A DNA stretch of 51,425 nt from Folioceros fuciformis (taxonomy: Eukaryota), in the NCBI GenBank assembly GCA_049999805.1, contig JBNGIO010006073.1, positions 126,273 to 177,697 on the forward strand, read 5' to 3'. Below are positions 25,778 to 36,442 of the stretch, one piece after another. Under the pieces are notes generated by a model, which worked only from the letters and a program-made list of their open reading frames with translations, was not told the DNA's origin and searched no databases. The number at the start of each line of letters is the position of its first letter. Within the stretch, counting starts at the first letter, position 1. A program made the translations under genes and the position numbers.

Positions 25778-27156
25778 GACGAAGTCGCCCCGCTGTCAGC
25801 CAGCACCAACGATGCAAAGATAGAATTCTTTCGCGATCGGAGTTAGCCTGATGCCATAGGGATCGTGGAGGATGCCGTTTCACCATGTCAAGGTCATTTC
25901 GTTGTCACTGTTGCCACATTTCGCTTCGAGATTTCTCCGTTCATAGTTTCCTCCCCTAGGAGAAGATTTCGACGTCTGAGTCAAGCCATGAAGAACTTGC
26001 AGCGGCACAGGTTGGCACCATACCAAAATAGACAAGGAATATAAAAGTTAAACTTTATTTATGTGTGAGAAACTCTTCCAACCCTTCTCCACCTGGCCAC
26101 AACAGTAGGCAGCTCAAGGTGGGAGGTTGCAAGCCTTGCTCACAAGCAAGGCTTTCAACATCGGAGGACAAAAGATCCAACACTTCAACACTCCCGGAAG
26201 GTCATATAGACTCTTCACGATTGTGAGAGGTTGCAAAATTCAGATGAGCAACAAAGAAAGCAATCCTACGCATCTTCTATTCCTCCCAGCAGTATCTAAG
26301 TGGCCTGACAAACCCAAAACAAAAACGCCACTGCTCCTGCCAAACTCTTCCCTGAGACTCATGCTCCAGTGAAACGTTGACAACCTGCAACATTTCCTTC
26401 CAACATCCCTTCGGGTCTGCCCTTCCCTCAGCTCCCTCTCAAGGTCTCTCAAAATCAAAACGGAAGACCCGACTCAAGGATTTCAAAAAGAATTGGATTG
26501 AAGAGTCTGATACAAGATGATCAGGGTTTAAACAATGTGTCTGCAGGTTGGGAAAGCAGGTCTCGGAGTCAATATGCAACTCAGCCACTGAAGGAGCTTC
26601 ACGAAGGTATACACCGCGGGAACCACAAAGAGAAGGCACCACAATTGGCTCAACTCATCAGCACCGGCCGTCCACATAATAATGCTCAGAGCATCAAATC
26701 CTCGAACTCTGCAGATATGTCCATCCCTGAAATCTGCCACAGCTCAGATGCGAGGTTGCGATGGCCGAATTTGGCCATCTCCCTTCGGAAGATGCTTATT
26801 GGGGAAAAAAAAATCTAGCAAAAAATGGGAGGACTGATTGACACCTTAATAGGCACCTATCTTATCTGGTGGGACATAATCCACTACACAGGATAGCAGA
26901 AGATGACTCGAGTGAAACTGGATGAGATTCAGGCAGACACTGGTGGGATAAATTAGATCTGGAGGAGAAATTGGACACAATCGAGATGATTGATCTGGAA
27001 GCCCACCCCCTGTACTTAAGAAGACCACCCGGAAGACAACTGCCAGACACTCACCAGAACACTCCTTATTTCCCAGGTTGGACAAGACCGGACGAGACGC
27101 GCTATGGTACAAGAGGTCAAGGATGATGCCGACCTCAACCCATACCTCTGAAAAGT

Positions 27157-29055
27157 TCAGAGGTTGAGCACACCACATTTGGCAGTCAGATCTGATGTGA
27201 AGAACTGGGCAACCCCAGCAGCTGCGGACTTGAGTCCGCTGTCGTAGCCACCTGACTGTGCAAAGTATGCGCCGTTGAGGAAGATATCATTGTTGGAATG
27301 CCAGCTCCAGCTATTCCCGCCACCATTTTCACGCTTAGTCACCTGCCACATGAGTTGAGGAACGTCCCGTGTTACGGGATCCACATGAAAAGAAAAAAAG
27401 TGAAAAAAAGGGACACAAAACAGTGAAAATCTGCGGCTCACCTGCTTCGCTCCACTAGCGACAAAGTGATTGCCTTCGCTGAGAATTGTTGGGTCTGCAC
27501 TTCCACCAATAGCGTAGATGCCCCAACCATAAGGATAGTTGTTGTTGATAACATGGAACTCGCCATGGCGGCAGCGCGGCATCCTCTGCACCAGGTTTTC
27601 TCCGAAGGTGTTGAAGGCAATCGTGACCTTCATGTTCTTGTCCTCGGTAAAGGAATCGCTGTGACCCAGAAGCATCACCTGCAAGGAAGAAGGGCCAACC
27701 CAGTCAAATAAAAAGCCGCGAGACAAGTAAGCAACAGGGACGCATCAGCAGGACGCACACACGAACCTTGTCGTGATCGGAGAAGTAGTTGTTGGAGATG
27801 GTGATGGCAGTGGAGCCGTGAATGACATCGATGAGTCCGTCAGCCGCATGTCTCAGGGTGCAGTGATCTATCCAAATGTGAGAACTTCCGAAGACACTGA
27901 TCGCATCCCCATCGGAGCCACCACGGTAGCCGGTGTGACTGGTGGAGCTGATGACATCCCCGCTGTGACCCGGCACGCAGTTCTGGAAGGTAAGGGATTC
28001 CACGATCACGTGGGACACGTACTGGATGGTGAAGCACGGCGCTCCATTCCCCACAGTGACCTTCCTCCCGCGTCCGTCGATGGTCTTGTACCCCTGGATG
28101 ATGAGCTCGTTGTCGAGCTTAATGTCGAAGTCCCCAGCGAAGATGATCCACAGCGCCTGAGGCTGAATGACGCCGTACCTGAGCGTCCCAGGGGCGGGGT
28201 GGACAGCGTCATCCCCAGCATTCGTGACGACGTAGTAGGCGCCGCCCTTCCCTCCCGCAGCATCGGACCCGAATCCGATGGCGCAGTCGGCAAGCTTCTG
28301 CCTGTTGGACGCCCAGTTGGGTCCCAGCCAGCAGTTGTCAATGGGATTGCCCTTTCCGCCATAGCTGCTGCCCTTGGGCGCGGAGGGAACCGGGGGAATC
28401 TTGGGAAGGGAGGGAGCAACCGGGACGCGCAGCTTCTTCTTTTTGGGCAACTTCTTCTTCAACACGGGCACCTTCTTCTTCAACACGGGGACCTTCTTCT
28501 TCAGCTTGGGGATCTTCTTACTACTCTTCTTCTCTGCGTCAGAGCTCTTCTTCTTCTTCTTGGTCTCAGTGCTCTTCTTCTTGTAGTCGTCACCACCGCT
28601 GCTCTTGCTCTTCTTCTTCTTCTTCTTCTTCTTCTCGGAGGTTTTCTTCTCGTACGGGCTCTTCTTCTCCGCGGACTTCTTGCTCTTCTTCTTCTTCTGC
28701 AGCCGCTCCAGCGTCAAGAGCCTTCGCGACACCAAGGAAGTCCTGCATTGCACCAGCCAGCGTGTGTGAATAAGCTCCGGGATCGGCCGCAGGAACAAAA
28801 AAAAGACCAAAAACACCAGCACAGTGCACGCTCCAACCAATTCCCTCACCTCACGTCCTCATCCTGGTCGAGAAGCTCAGCCCCGCTATCGGACTCCACC
28901 TTCACCTCCAGCTCCTCCCCGACGACTTCCGCCTCCAGGTCCCCGAGCTCCTGCAGGGCGGCCGCCCCAGGCAGCGCCCCGAGGCGCAGGCAGGAGGAGA
29001 GGAGCGAGAGCAGCAGCAGCGACCAGAGGGCCGTGAAGCACTTGACGCGCGCCAT
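27157..29055 (-). CDS. Pectate lyase (PL1) with signal peptide and long Lys/Pro-rich N-terminal extension
   Basis: Exons 29055-28850, 28742-27767, 27678-27442, 27342-27157. Motifs NPIDNCW, LADCAIGFG, PGTLRYGVIQ, KTIDGRG, SDGDAIS, WIDH, DGLID, HDKVMLLGH, QRMPRCRHG, YAIGGSADPTILSEGN. Confidence 0.95.
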
Positions 29056-31919
29056 GGCAGGAGGCGGGGAGCGCAAGGTCGCTGAGCGGCAGGGCGGGGG
29101 ACCGAGTGGGGGCGAGTCACAGGCGCAGCATTGCTGATGGAAGAAGCAGAGCCCCCAAGGACAAGGGCGGCGAGAAGAGAATGGGAGCAGTGGGCGGATC
29201 GCCGCGCTCTTGTATTGTACCCCTCTCGAGCTGCACGGATTCCCAACACCAAGGCCGAGGCAAAGGTGAGACGAGTGAGCTCAGGAAATGCGAGAAGGAG
29301 ACGTCTCCAACCGGAGACTGAGACGCTGCTGATGCGGGAGGCTGTTGCTTGTTGCAAGCTTGAGGAAATGGGCAGTTGGACTGGGCGATATAAAGGGCCG
29401 GGCGAGGCATGGGAGCGGGCCCGCCTTGGCCAAGGCCGCCGGGCTTAACGAAATTCAATTACGAGTTGGCCCTACGATTGAGGCGCTTTAGCGGCACCCG
29501 CATGTCGCGCTCGCCAAGCACCACGACCGGGCGAGCCGTGGCGGAACGTGGCGCTGGCGCAACTCGCCTTCCTTGCTTCCTACCCTAATCTAATCCCGGT
29601 ATGCTCCACCACCGGTCCACCGGTCCACCGGGTCGCCGGGTAGCGAGTCCCGATACTGGACTCACTGCACGCACATCCCGCCTCCTTTCCTTTCCTTCCT
29701 TCCTTCCAGGTCGCCTGTTTCATCGTTTTCCCACTCCCTTTGTCTGGAGGGCAGTAAGCCCGGCTGGATTGTCGTGCAAGCGACAAGGTCTCTGGGTACT
29801 GTAGTAATTGTACTGTATGTATTTCCCTACTCTTGACCGCGTGGAATGCGAGCCCGAGCCCGAGCTCGAGCCCGGGGACGACGAGAAAGAGGAGGTGCGA
29901 GCCCCTATGCTGCTCCACCAATGTCAACCGGAGCCTCCTCGGTAACCGCCCGTTCCTTCTTTCCCCGCTCACAGCGCCGCGCTCCCGGTACGCCGGGACA
30001 CCAAAGTAAGCCTGCCAGGCCAGCCCAAGTCACGTAACACTACTGTACGTGACCTGGAGTCCTCCCACGCCCCGAAATGGGAGAAGCGTGCCACCGGACG
30101 AACCAGTGGAGTTGTCACCGGCCACCGGATAGCAGCCCATGTCAGGCGGGCAACTTGGGCGGGAGTTTGAGCCGGGGGAGCCCGGCCTGCCCGCCGTGCT
30201 TTCCGTTATCAACTGCCATAACTGTCGCTCCCCGCAAACGTCCAATGCCATTTGCCGCTTCGCAACCCAGGCTCGGCGCATCCTGCGGCTTGCGACATGC
30301 TCCTTTTGTGCTCTCTGGGCTTGGCACCAAGGCCTTCCATTTTGCTCGGCTTCCTTTTCATTTGTTTGGCTTTGCTTTGGCTTTGGGTTTGGCTTTGGTC
30401 AAAATTATTTATTGCCCGCCTTTCCGAGGGCTTTGAATTGCCTTGCCTTGGCTTCCCTTGCCTTGGGCCCGCCTTCCCGACTGTGCCGCCTGCAGCTAAT
30501 AAAGGCTCACATCCCGCCTTCTTCACGTCTCATAAACGCCTGCTGTGATGTCGCAGCCTCATTAAAGTGGATGCGATGGCGATGGGATGTCAGAGCCCCC
30601 TTGGGCCTTGGCCTCCTCCGAGTCCTTGGCCCTAGGGATCCCGATACCACTGCTCCTTCTATGTACACTTTCTACGTGATGTATTTACAGTACAGCATAT
30701 AACAAAACCGAGCACCCTCCACAGCTTTGCGACATTCCAGGGTGCGTGATCCGCCACTTGCGTCTCATACCGACTCTCCTCGGCTGGCACTTGAGTTCTT
30801 TCTATTGGGTGCACATCATCCAAGCTAACTAAGCATTCACTCTGACCTGTGTCCCATCTTACTAACTCAAACTATGTACTCAATCTACTCAAACTACAAA
30901 TTTGGCCTTTCCCAACATGAGTATGGAGAGACTACAAACACATATTGTCATTGAACCATAACACAAGCCTCTACAAACAGCTTGCATAGGCTTACACATG
31001 GACCCATGTCGAGTATGTGGTACTGCAATACATAGTTTTGTATTTTCAAACTTCCTTGATCCTTAATTGCTGACACCGTCCTTGATGAAGATGGCTACGT
31101 GTCACATTAAGTTCCCTGTGCAAGTCAAGAATGCTCTTCATATTGAGGTGTCACGATTGTTCTTTATCAACCGTGATGTAGATCGAGATAGGGATGCAGA
31201 GGCCACGCTAACATTCACACCAGAACTTGTTCTTGTCCTTGGCAACTCTCTCTCTCATTCACTCATGTACTTGGTTTCATTGGCCAACTCCATAATAGTT
31301 CCCGTAGCTTGTTGGTCATCCAAGCATGCGGTACTTTGTGCTTCACGCTTGCCTCATAGTACATGTGCGCTTGTGTTGCACTGTCTGCTAATAATAGTGT
31401 TACAAATGCAAGTCTACTTCTAATCACACACATTCGCTCTAGTGTGACCCCACTTGAGGCATGCTGTACTAGTAGCCTACCTGACATTGTGTATGCCTTG
31501 TCCTGTCCTTTTCCTTGGAGCAGTTAGGCTCGTGTGTACTTCACCTACACAACATAATGCTTGAGCCGCCGGGCCGGTACTTCCATTCCGTCCAAGACCA
31601 TAATAGTTGCACCAGATGTGTCACCTTGTTACATCGTTTTCAGAACATAGTGCCCGAGCCCCCGAGGCCTTGGTACCTTATTCCTTCCTCTTAAGTAATA
31701 CCTGGATACCATGTGTGGAGACAGTCGAACGTGATAGTAATCGGGGCCCCACTTCTCGGCACTTGGAGTTTGAGCTTCACGTTCTTCGTGTTCTTCTTCA
31801 ATTCACTATATAGTGATTAGAGCATCAAAAATTAAATCAAATGCACAATACAAGTATGCATATGGTTGCTAGACTTGATGTTGAGACCAAGTCTCTTTAA
31901 ATTTTGAAACTTTCTTCAA

Positions 31920-32235
31920 CTCTTGGCACCAAATCCCAACATAGTATTACCTACTCCATTGTACCCTTGGCGCCAAATCCCGACATAGTGTTACCTACTC
32001 CATCGTACCCTTGGCGCCAAATCCTAACATAACGTTGCCCACTCCTTTGTGTGGTCTTCTTCTTTCAACCACACTATGTGAGGGTCAGAATTTGGTATGC
32101 CACTTCATTGTATGGAGGTCTTGTCCTTCCTCTTTCAATCACAATATGTGTGGGTCAAAATTTGGTATGCCACTTCATTGTATGGATGTTTGGCAACTTC
32201 GGTATGCCACTTCATTGTATGGATATTTGGAAACT
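31920..32235. repeat. Two adjacent short tandem arrays (~44-bp unit x3; ggtatgccacttcattgtatgga x3)
   Basis: ttggc(a/g)ccaaatcc..acat..(t/g)tt.cc.actcc occurs three times (31923-32050). ggtatgccacttcattgtatgga recurs near 32094, 32164 and 32201. Confidence 0.85.
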
Positions 32236-32944
32236 TCTTCCTCTGTTTTTCAATGATGTCATACTTCAAACCTGAGAGCTTTTGCATCCACCCAAATGTC
32301 GGGTTTGGCAACCACTCCTTGCTCCAATCAATTCTCTTGCACATAATACTAGAAAAGAAGAAAGGGAAGCAAGATGTTCATGCATTTCATTAACTTTCAC
32401 TTTATGGGTTCTGGACTCTCTTCTCCCTTTGTAGAGGAGAAGCATGTGCATAGTTGTAACGCATCATTTCTTGGTACACAAGCATCGCAAAATTTGATTC
32501 AATAGTTTTAATCATATTATAATAAAATATCTTATATATATAGAAATGACACCAGGAGATACATAAGGTATTGTATATGGACCCGGGAGAGGGACAAGTG
32601 CGAAGAGCGCAGAGGAAGGCACGAGGAGCGGACACGCAGGCGCTGCACTGCACTGCGGCAGGCAGGACGCGAAGATACAAGGAGTCCACCTACCCAGAAG
32701 ATACATAGGTGAGCGAGGACTGGCGAGGCCAGGGCCCGAGATACATTTGTCCCAGATCCAAACCCTGCGAGCACACCCTCGCATTCAATGCGGTTGAAGT
32801 CCAAACCGTTTAAAAGGACAAAAGAGTTGAGAGGAGTGGTGGCGGGTGCGTGCCTGCCCGCATCTGTCTGCGTCCCTGCCCTGCTGCCCTGAGCCCGAGG
32901 GCAATCACTTTGACTGCACTCGGATATGCGATTCTGCTGCCTAG

Positions 32945-33265
32945 CTATGTACAGTATGTGTGCATGGCTACATCGGCTTTGTGAGTTGGAAGTCCCCCTT
33001 CACACACGTCACTTGTGGGAGTGAAGACTGTGGAGTGGACTGATGAAGAACGGCCGTTGGTCCGCATCCCACCTCCCGAAGACGAAGATGAAGAAGAAGA
33101 AGAAGCTTGGCAGCCGAGCCCGAACGCCAAAAACAACTGGAATTTGGGCCCACTGCACGCTGCACGCCGCGCCCTGGAGCATGGACTCACCATCCCGCAC
33201 TGGCGGTGGGAGTGGCGATAGGGGGGTAGGCCGGGTAGGGGTAGGACGGGGTGGGTGGAAGACAT
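32945..33265 (-). CDS. Candidate small uncharacterised protein (106 aa)
   Basis: ATG at 33265. MSSTHPVLPLPGLPPYRHSHRQCGMVSPCSRARRAACSGPKFQLFLAFGLGCQA(S)n... is followed by a 3'UTR-like region with TGTA motifs ending at an AT-rich tract near 32520. Confidence 0.35.
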   Translation of the reverse strand: MSSTHPVLPLPGLPPYRHSHRQCGMVSPCSRARRAACSGPKFQLFLAFGLGCQASSSSSSSSSGGGMRTNGRSSSVHSTVFTPTSDVCEGGLPTHKADVAMHTYCT

Positions 33266-35050
33266 GGATGGACACAAGAAAGGAAGGAAGGAAGGGCGGG
33301 ATGCCGGATTCGCAACTCGCCTTTGTCTCTGCCTCACGTCCCACGTCCTGGAAGAGGGGCGGGAGGCGGAGAGAGCAGTGAAGCGGGGCGGAGGCCAGGC
33401 CCTGGCCCTGTCCCCGGGGCCCATGTCCGACTTTTAGCCCAAAGGTGGAAAGGCAAGGCAAGGAATGTTAAAAAGGCAGCGACGAGTTGCATGTGTTTGC
33501 TGGGCCCCGTGGGTCGGGGTGGTGTGAGAGAGGAGGCCAGGCCAGTGCTAGGGCCAGAGCCAGAGCCAGGGACAGGGACAGGGCCAGGGCTCATTCTCCC
33601 CTCTCCCACGCCGACGCGTGATGGGGCCGATGCGGTGTCGGCGCGAACACAGGCAGGTGCAAATGCAAAGGCGGAGGACGTGGGACGCTGCACCCTGGAT
33701 CGTGCAACAGTGTCCGGTGTCGCAGGCTGCTGCACCTGCTGCCCCGCCTCTTCCCACATGCCACAGGCTGCTAAGTCCAGGGCCTCGCCGAGGCCCAGGA
33801 CCGAGCTGATCCCGATCGCCATTCCCTGTCGCTATCCCGGCCGGGCCCTCTGGCCGAAGCTCATGCCCGAGATGCCCCATCAATTAACTTTCACCCGAGG
33901 AGCGGGGGTGAAGGGCATCAAGCGCATGCGGCGGCGACGGTGACGGCGCCAAGGCTAGGCCCGCCGAGGCTAGGCCCACCGCCTCGCTCTTTGACGGGTT
34001 TCGGCTGTTCTATAGCTCGGAGCTCTGGGCTCTGCTCCTGCTCCTGCTCCTCCTCCTGCTGCTGCTCCTGGGCAAGGGAAAGGGAAGAGCGACGGCAGCG
34101 AGGCCGCGGATGCCTTCTGTCTTCTAGGGATGCTATCACGGATCCATCCATGCATCTGTCCATCCATTTCTCCTCCCTCCTCCATCGCCAGCCCACTTCC
34201 CAACTGCCATTCCGTTAATCACTTCCACACCAACCACCAAACCCAAGCCTTCCGAGGAGTGTTCACTCTGGCCCTTGTCCTTGCCAGGGCCAGGGTCCGA
34301 GCCAGAGCCCTCTGGGAGCTGTCCAGGCTCTGGCCCCTATTCATGATTTCACCCGCCAATACACGCCTCATTCTCCCCCTTCCGCTACGCCTATATTCAT
34401 GCCACCAAAGCTTGCTTCCGCCCGGCTTTCTTGCCTCCAACCATGTGCAAACTGGTGTCAGAAGGCCTATCTTATGCACACAAACTTGGGAAACCAAAGC
34501 CTGTCTCTGCCACGGTATCTGCCTAGAGATGCAGACTGTCTCTCTGGCACTGTCTTCTCTTTTCTGGGAGCCCTCTGCTCCTCGATGTCTCGCTACCTTT
34601 ACTGTGCCCTTTCCTTTCCTTGCCCACTTTTCTGGCACATGCACTTTCTAAAGGTCTCTCCACTGCCCCTCCACTGGGATACAGTGTGTATATCAACGCT
34701 CCCACGGACGCCATTCCTATTCCCTGTCTCTCTTCACAAACGTGCTTCCAACCTCCCTCCTCCCCTCCTCATAGATGTATGTACATCTATTGGTAGGCCC
34801 TTTTCATCGCCCTTCATCACCTTTCTCTGCTTTGGAGCATCTTCGGATCCTCAGCCCTCTTCTTCATCGCCACCAATATGCCACACCTTTTGTGCCACTG
34901 GAAAGCGGCACCACCAACTACGCCTATTTGATACGATACGGAACACGTCTTACGGCATTGGAACCTGAGTCCAGCCGTCTCTCAGGGGCAACTCACTTGC
35001 GCTCTTCATCACATGCCTGCTCTACGATCTATGTTCATGTTGTGCTGTGC

Positions 35051-35120
35051 TGTGCTATTTAGCTTTTGTGGCTGTGCTATGTAGCTTTTGTGGCTGTGCT
35101 ATGTAGCTTTTGTGCTGTGC
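35051..35120. repeat. 22-bp tandem repeat x3
   Basis: tgtgctatgtagcttttgtggc units. Confidence 0.85.
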
Positions 35121-35554
35121 AACCCGATAACACAATATTGAACAAAACACAACGGTTCTTGGCTACGGTTAGCCACCTCCACTCTTCCCCATCACTCCCA
35201 CAACCCTGTGGGTTGTTGCTCAACGAGGCATCTCCAAACAATGGAGTCTGCACCAGCATCACCTTTTTACCTCCACTTCCTTTCATAACTTGCCACCAAC
35301 GCCTCACCACGCAGGCCACAGGTCCCCGTCTCCGTCTCCTTCGCCAGCCCCTCCCATCATAACCTGCGGCCTTTCCGCAAACCTCGTCTCCTACGACAAG
35401 CATGCTCAGCTGCGCCACCCCTCACGAGGTCTGTGCATTTTCTCAGCTGCTCTTTCCACACTCATGCCGCCTACGCCAAACTTGACTGCACCCACACTCC
35501 GAGCACTCAACACTAGCGCGACTTCTGCTCTCATCAATTTGCCTTCGCCTTCCT

Positions 35555-35735
35555 TCTTTTCACCAACTATTTCCCTCACCAGTTTCCAGCTTCTGCACTT
35601 TTCGCGGCCCTTGCTTGCGAAAAGTGCAGAAGCAAAACGAATTGCAGCACGCTGGTGGTGCACCTGTGCAATGCCACCGAAAAACACTCACATCATTGTA
35701 CATTGCTTCCATGCTCCAGCAGGTTTGGACCCACA
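35555..35735 (+). mobile_element. Degenerate LINE (non-LTR retrotransposon) zf-RVT relic
   Basis: SPTISLTSFQLLHFSRPL, then across frameshifts C-HLCNATE-KTLT-HIIVHCFHA-QQVW, matching the CxxC...E...H....C..A..VW pattern of L1-type ORF2. Confidence 0.5.
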
Positions 35736-36442
35736 CGGATCGTCTCATTTCCACGGCGTACACTGCAATGCCTCCACCAAATCCTTCGCATCCTGCACTG
35801 TCTTCCAAGCCTTGCCCCTCCTCAGCACTCACCATCCGGGCTGCTGTCTGTACATGCTCCCCAGCTGAAGCATAACAGGGCCATTCGCTGTTTCACAACA
35901 ATCTGCTTCATGCCACTAACCAGCTCGCTACACAGGGCAAAGGCGACCCCATGTTGCAACTGTATGCCGCCTCAACGTCAGAGTAACTCGGCGCAGTAAA
36001 ATGGATTTTTTTTCACGCAGCGATGGATCTTCTCTGTGTCCACCATGGCGCGCCATCGTTCCGGAGCTTATCCGTTCTGCCCCCACGCATGACCTCGGGT
36101 CCTGGACTCTGGGAACGGGGACTGGACTCCTCATTCGGTAACTTTCCACCTTTCCAGCCCCCGCCACCATCGTCTCATTTCCGATCAATCCTCACAAATT
36201 CTTGGCCTTCCTCTTCGTTTGCTTCTGGGACTGTTTCTTGGTCAGCTTGCTAGTGGGTGTGCGATCCGTCTAACTCAGCTTACTGTATGGCTAATCTAAC
36301 TGCTTGTTGCAATCCAAACTCCTGCTGGGACCCCAGTGGCACATCAGGTCCAGGCATCACGGCCTTGCCGGGGGACACGGGTGCTGGGCTTGGGCTTCGG
36401 CTCACATCTCAGCTTCACCGGTCCTAGGATCTTAGATCCCTC

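Noticed and set aside
27773..29137. 454-aa plus-strand ORF
   Set aside because: Antisense shadow of the GC-rich pectate lyase; the Leu runs mirror Lys codons.
30630..30655. PBS-like TGGTATCGG (minus) next to CA, suggesting an LTR element
   Set aside because: Only a short match to the tRNA-Met PBS; no paired LTR or gag/pol ORF found.
29450..30700. Several 100-190 aa ORFs in a GC-rich block
   Set aside because: Low-complexity, overlapping on both strands and without motifs; more likely the pectate lyase upstream region.
34453..34464. TGGTGTCAGAAG, tRNA-Leu PBS-like
   Set aside because: A 12-nt match without LTR or internal domains.
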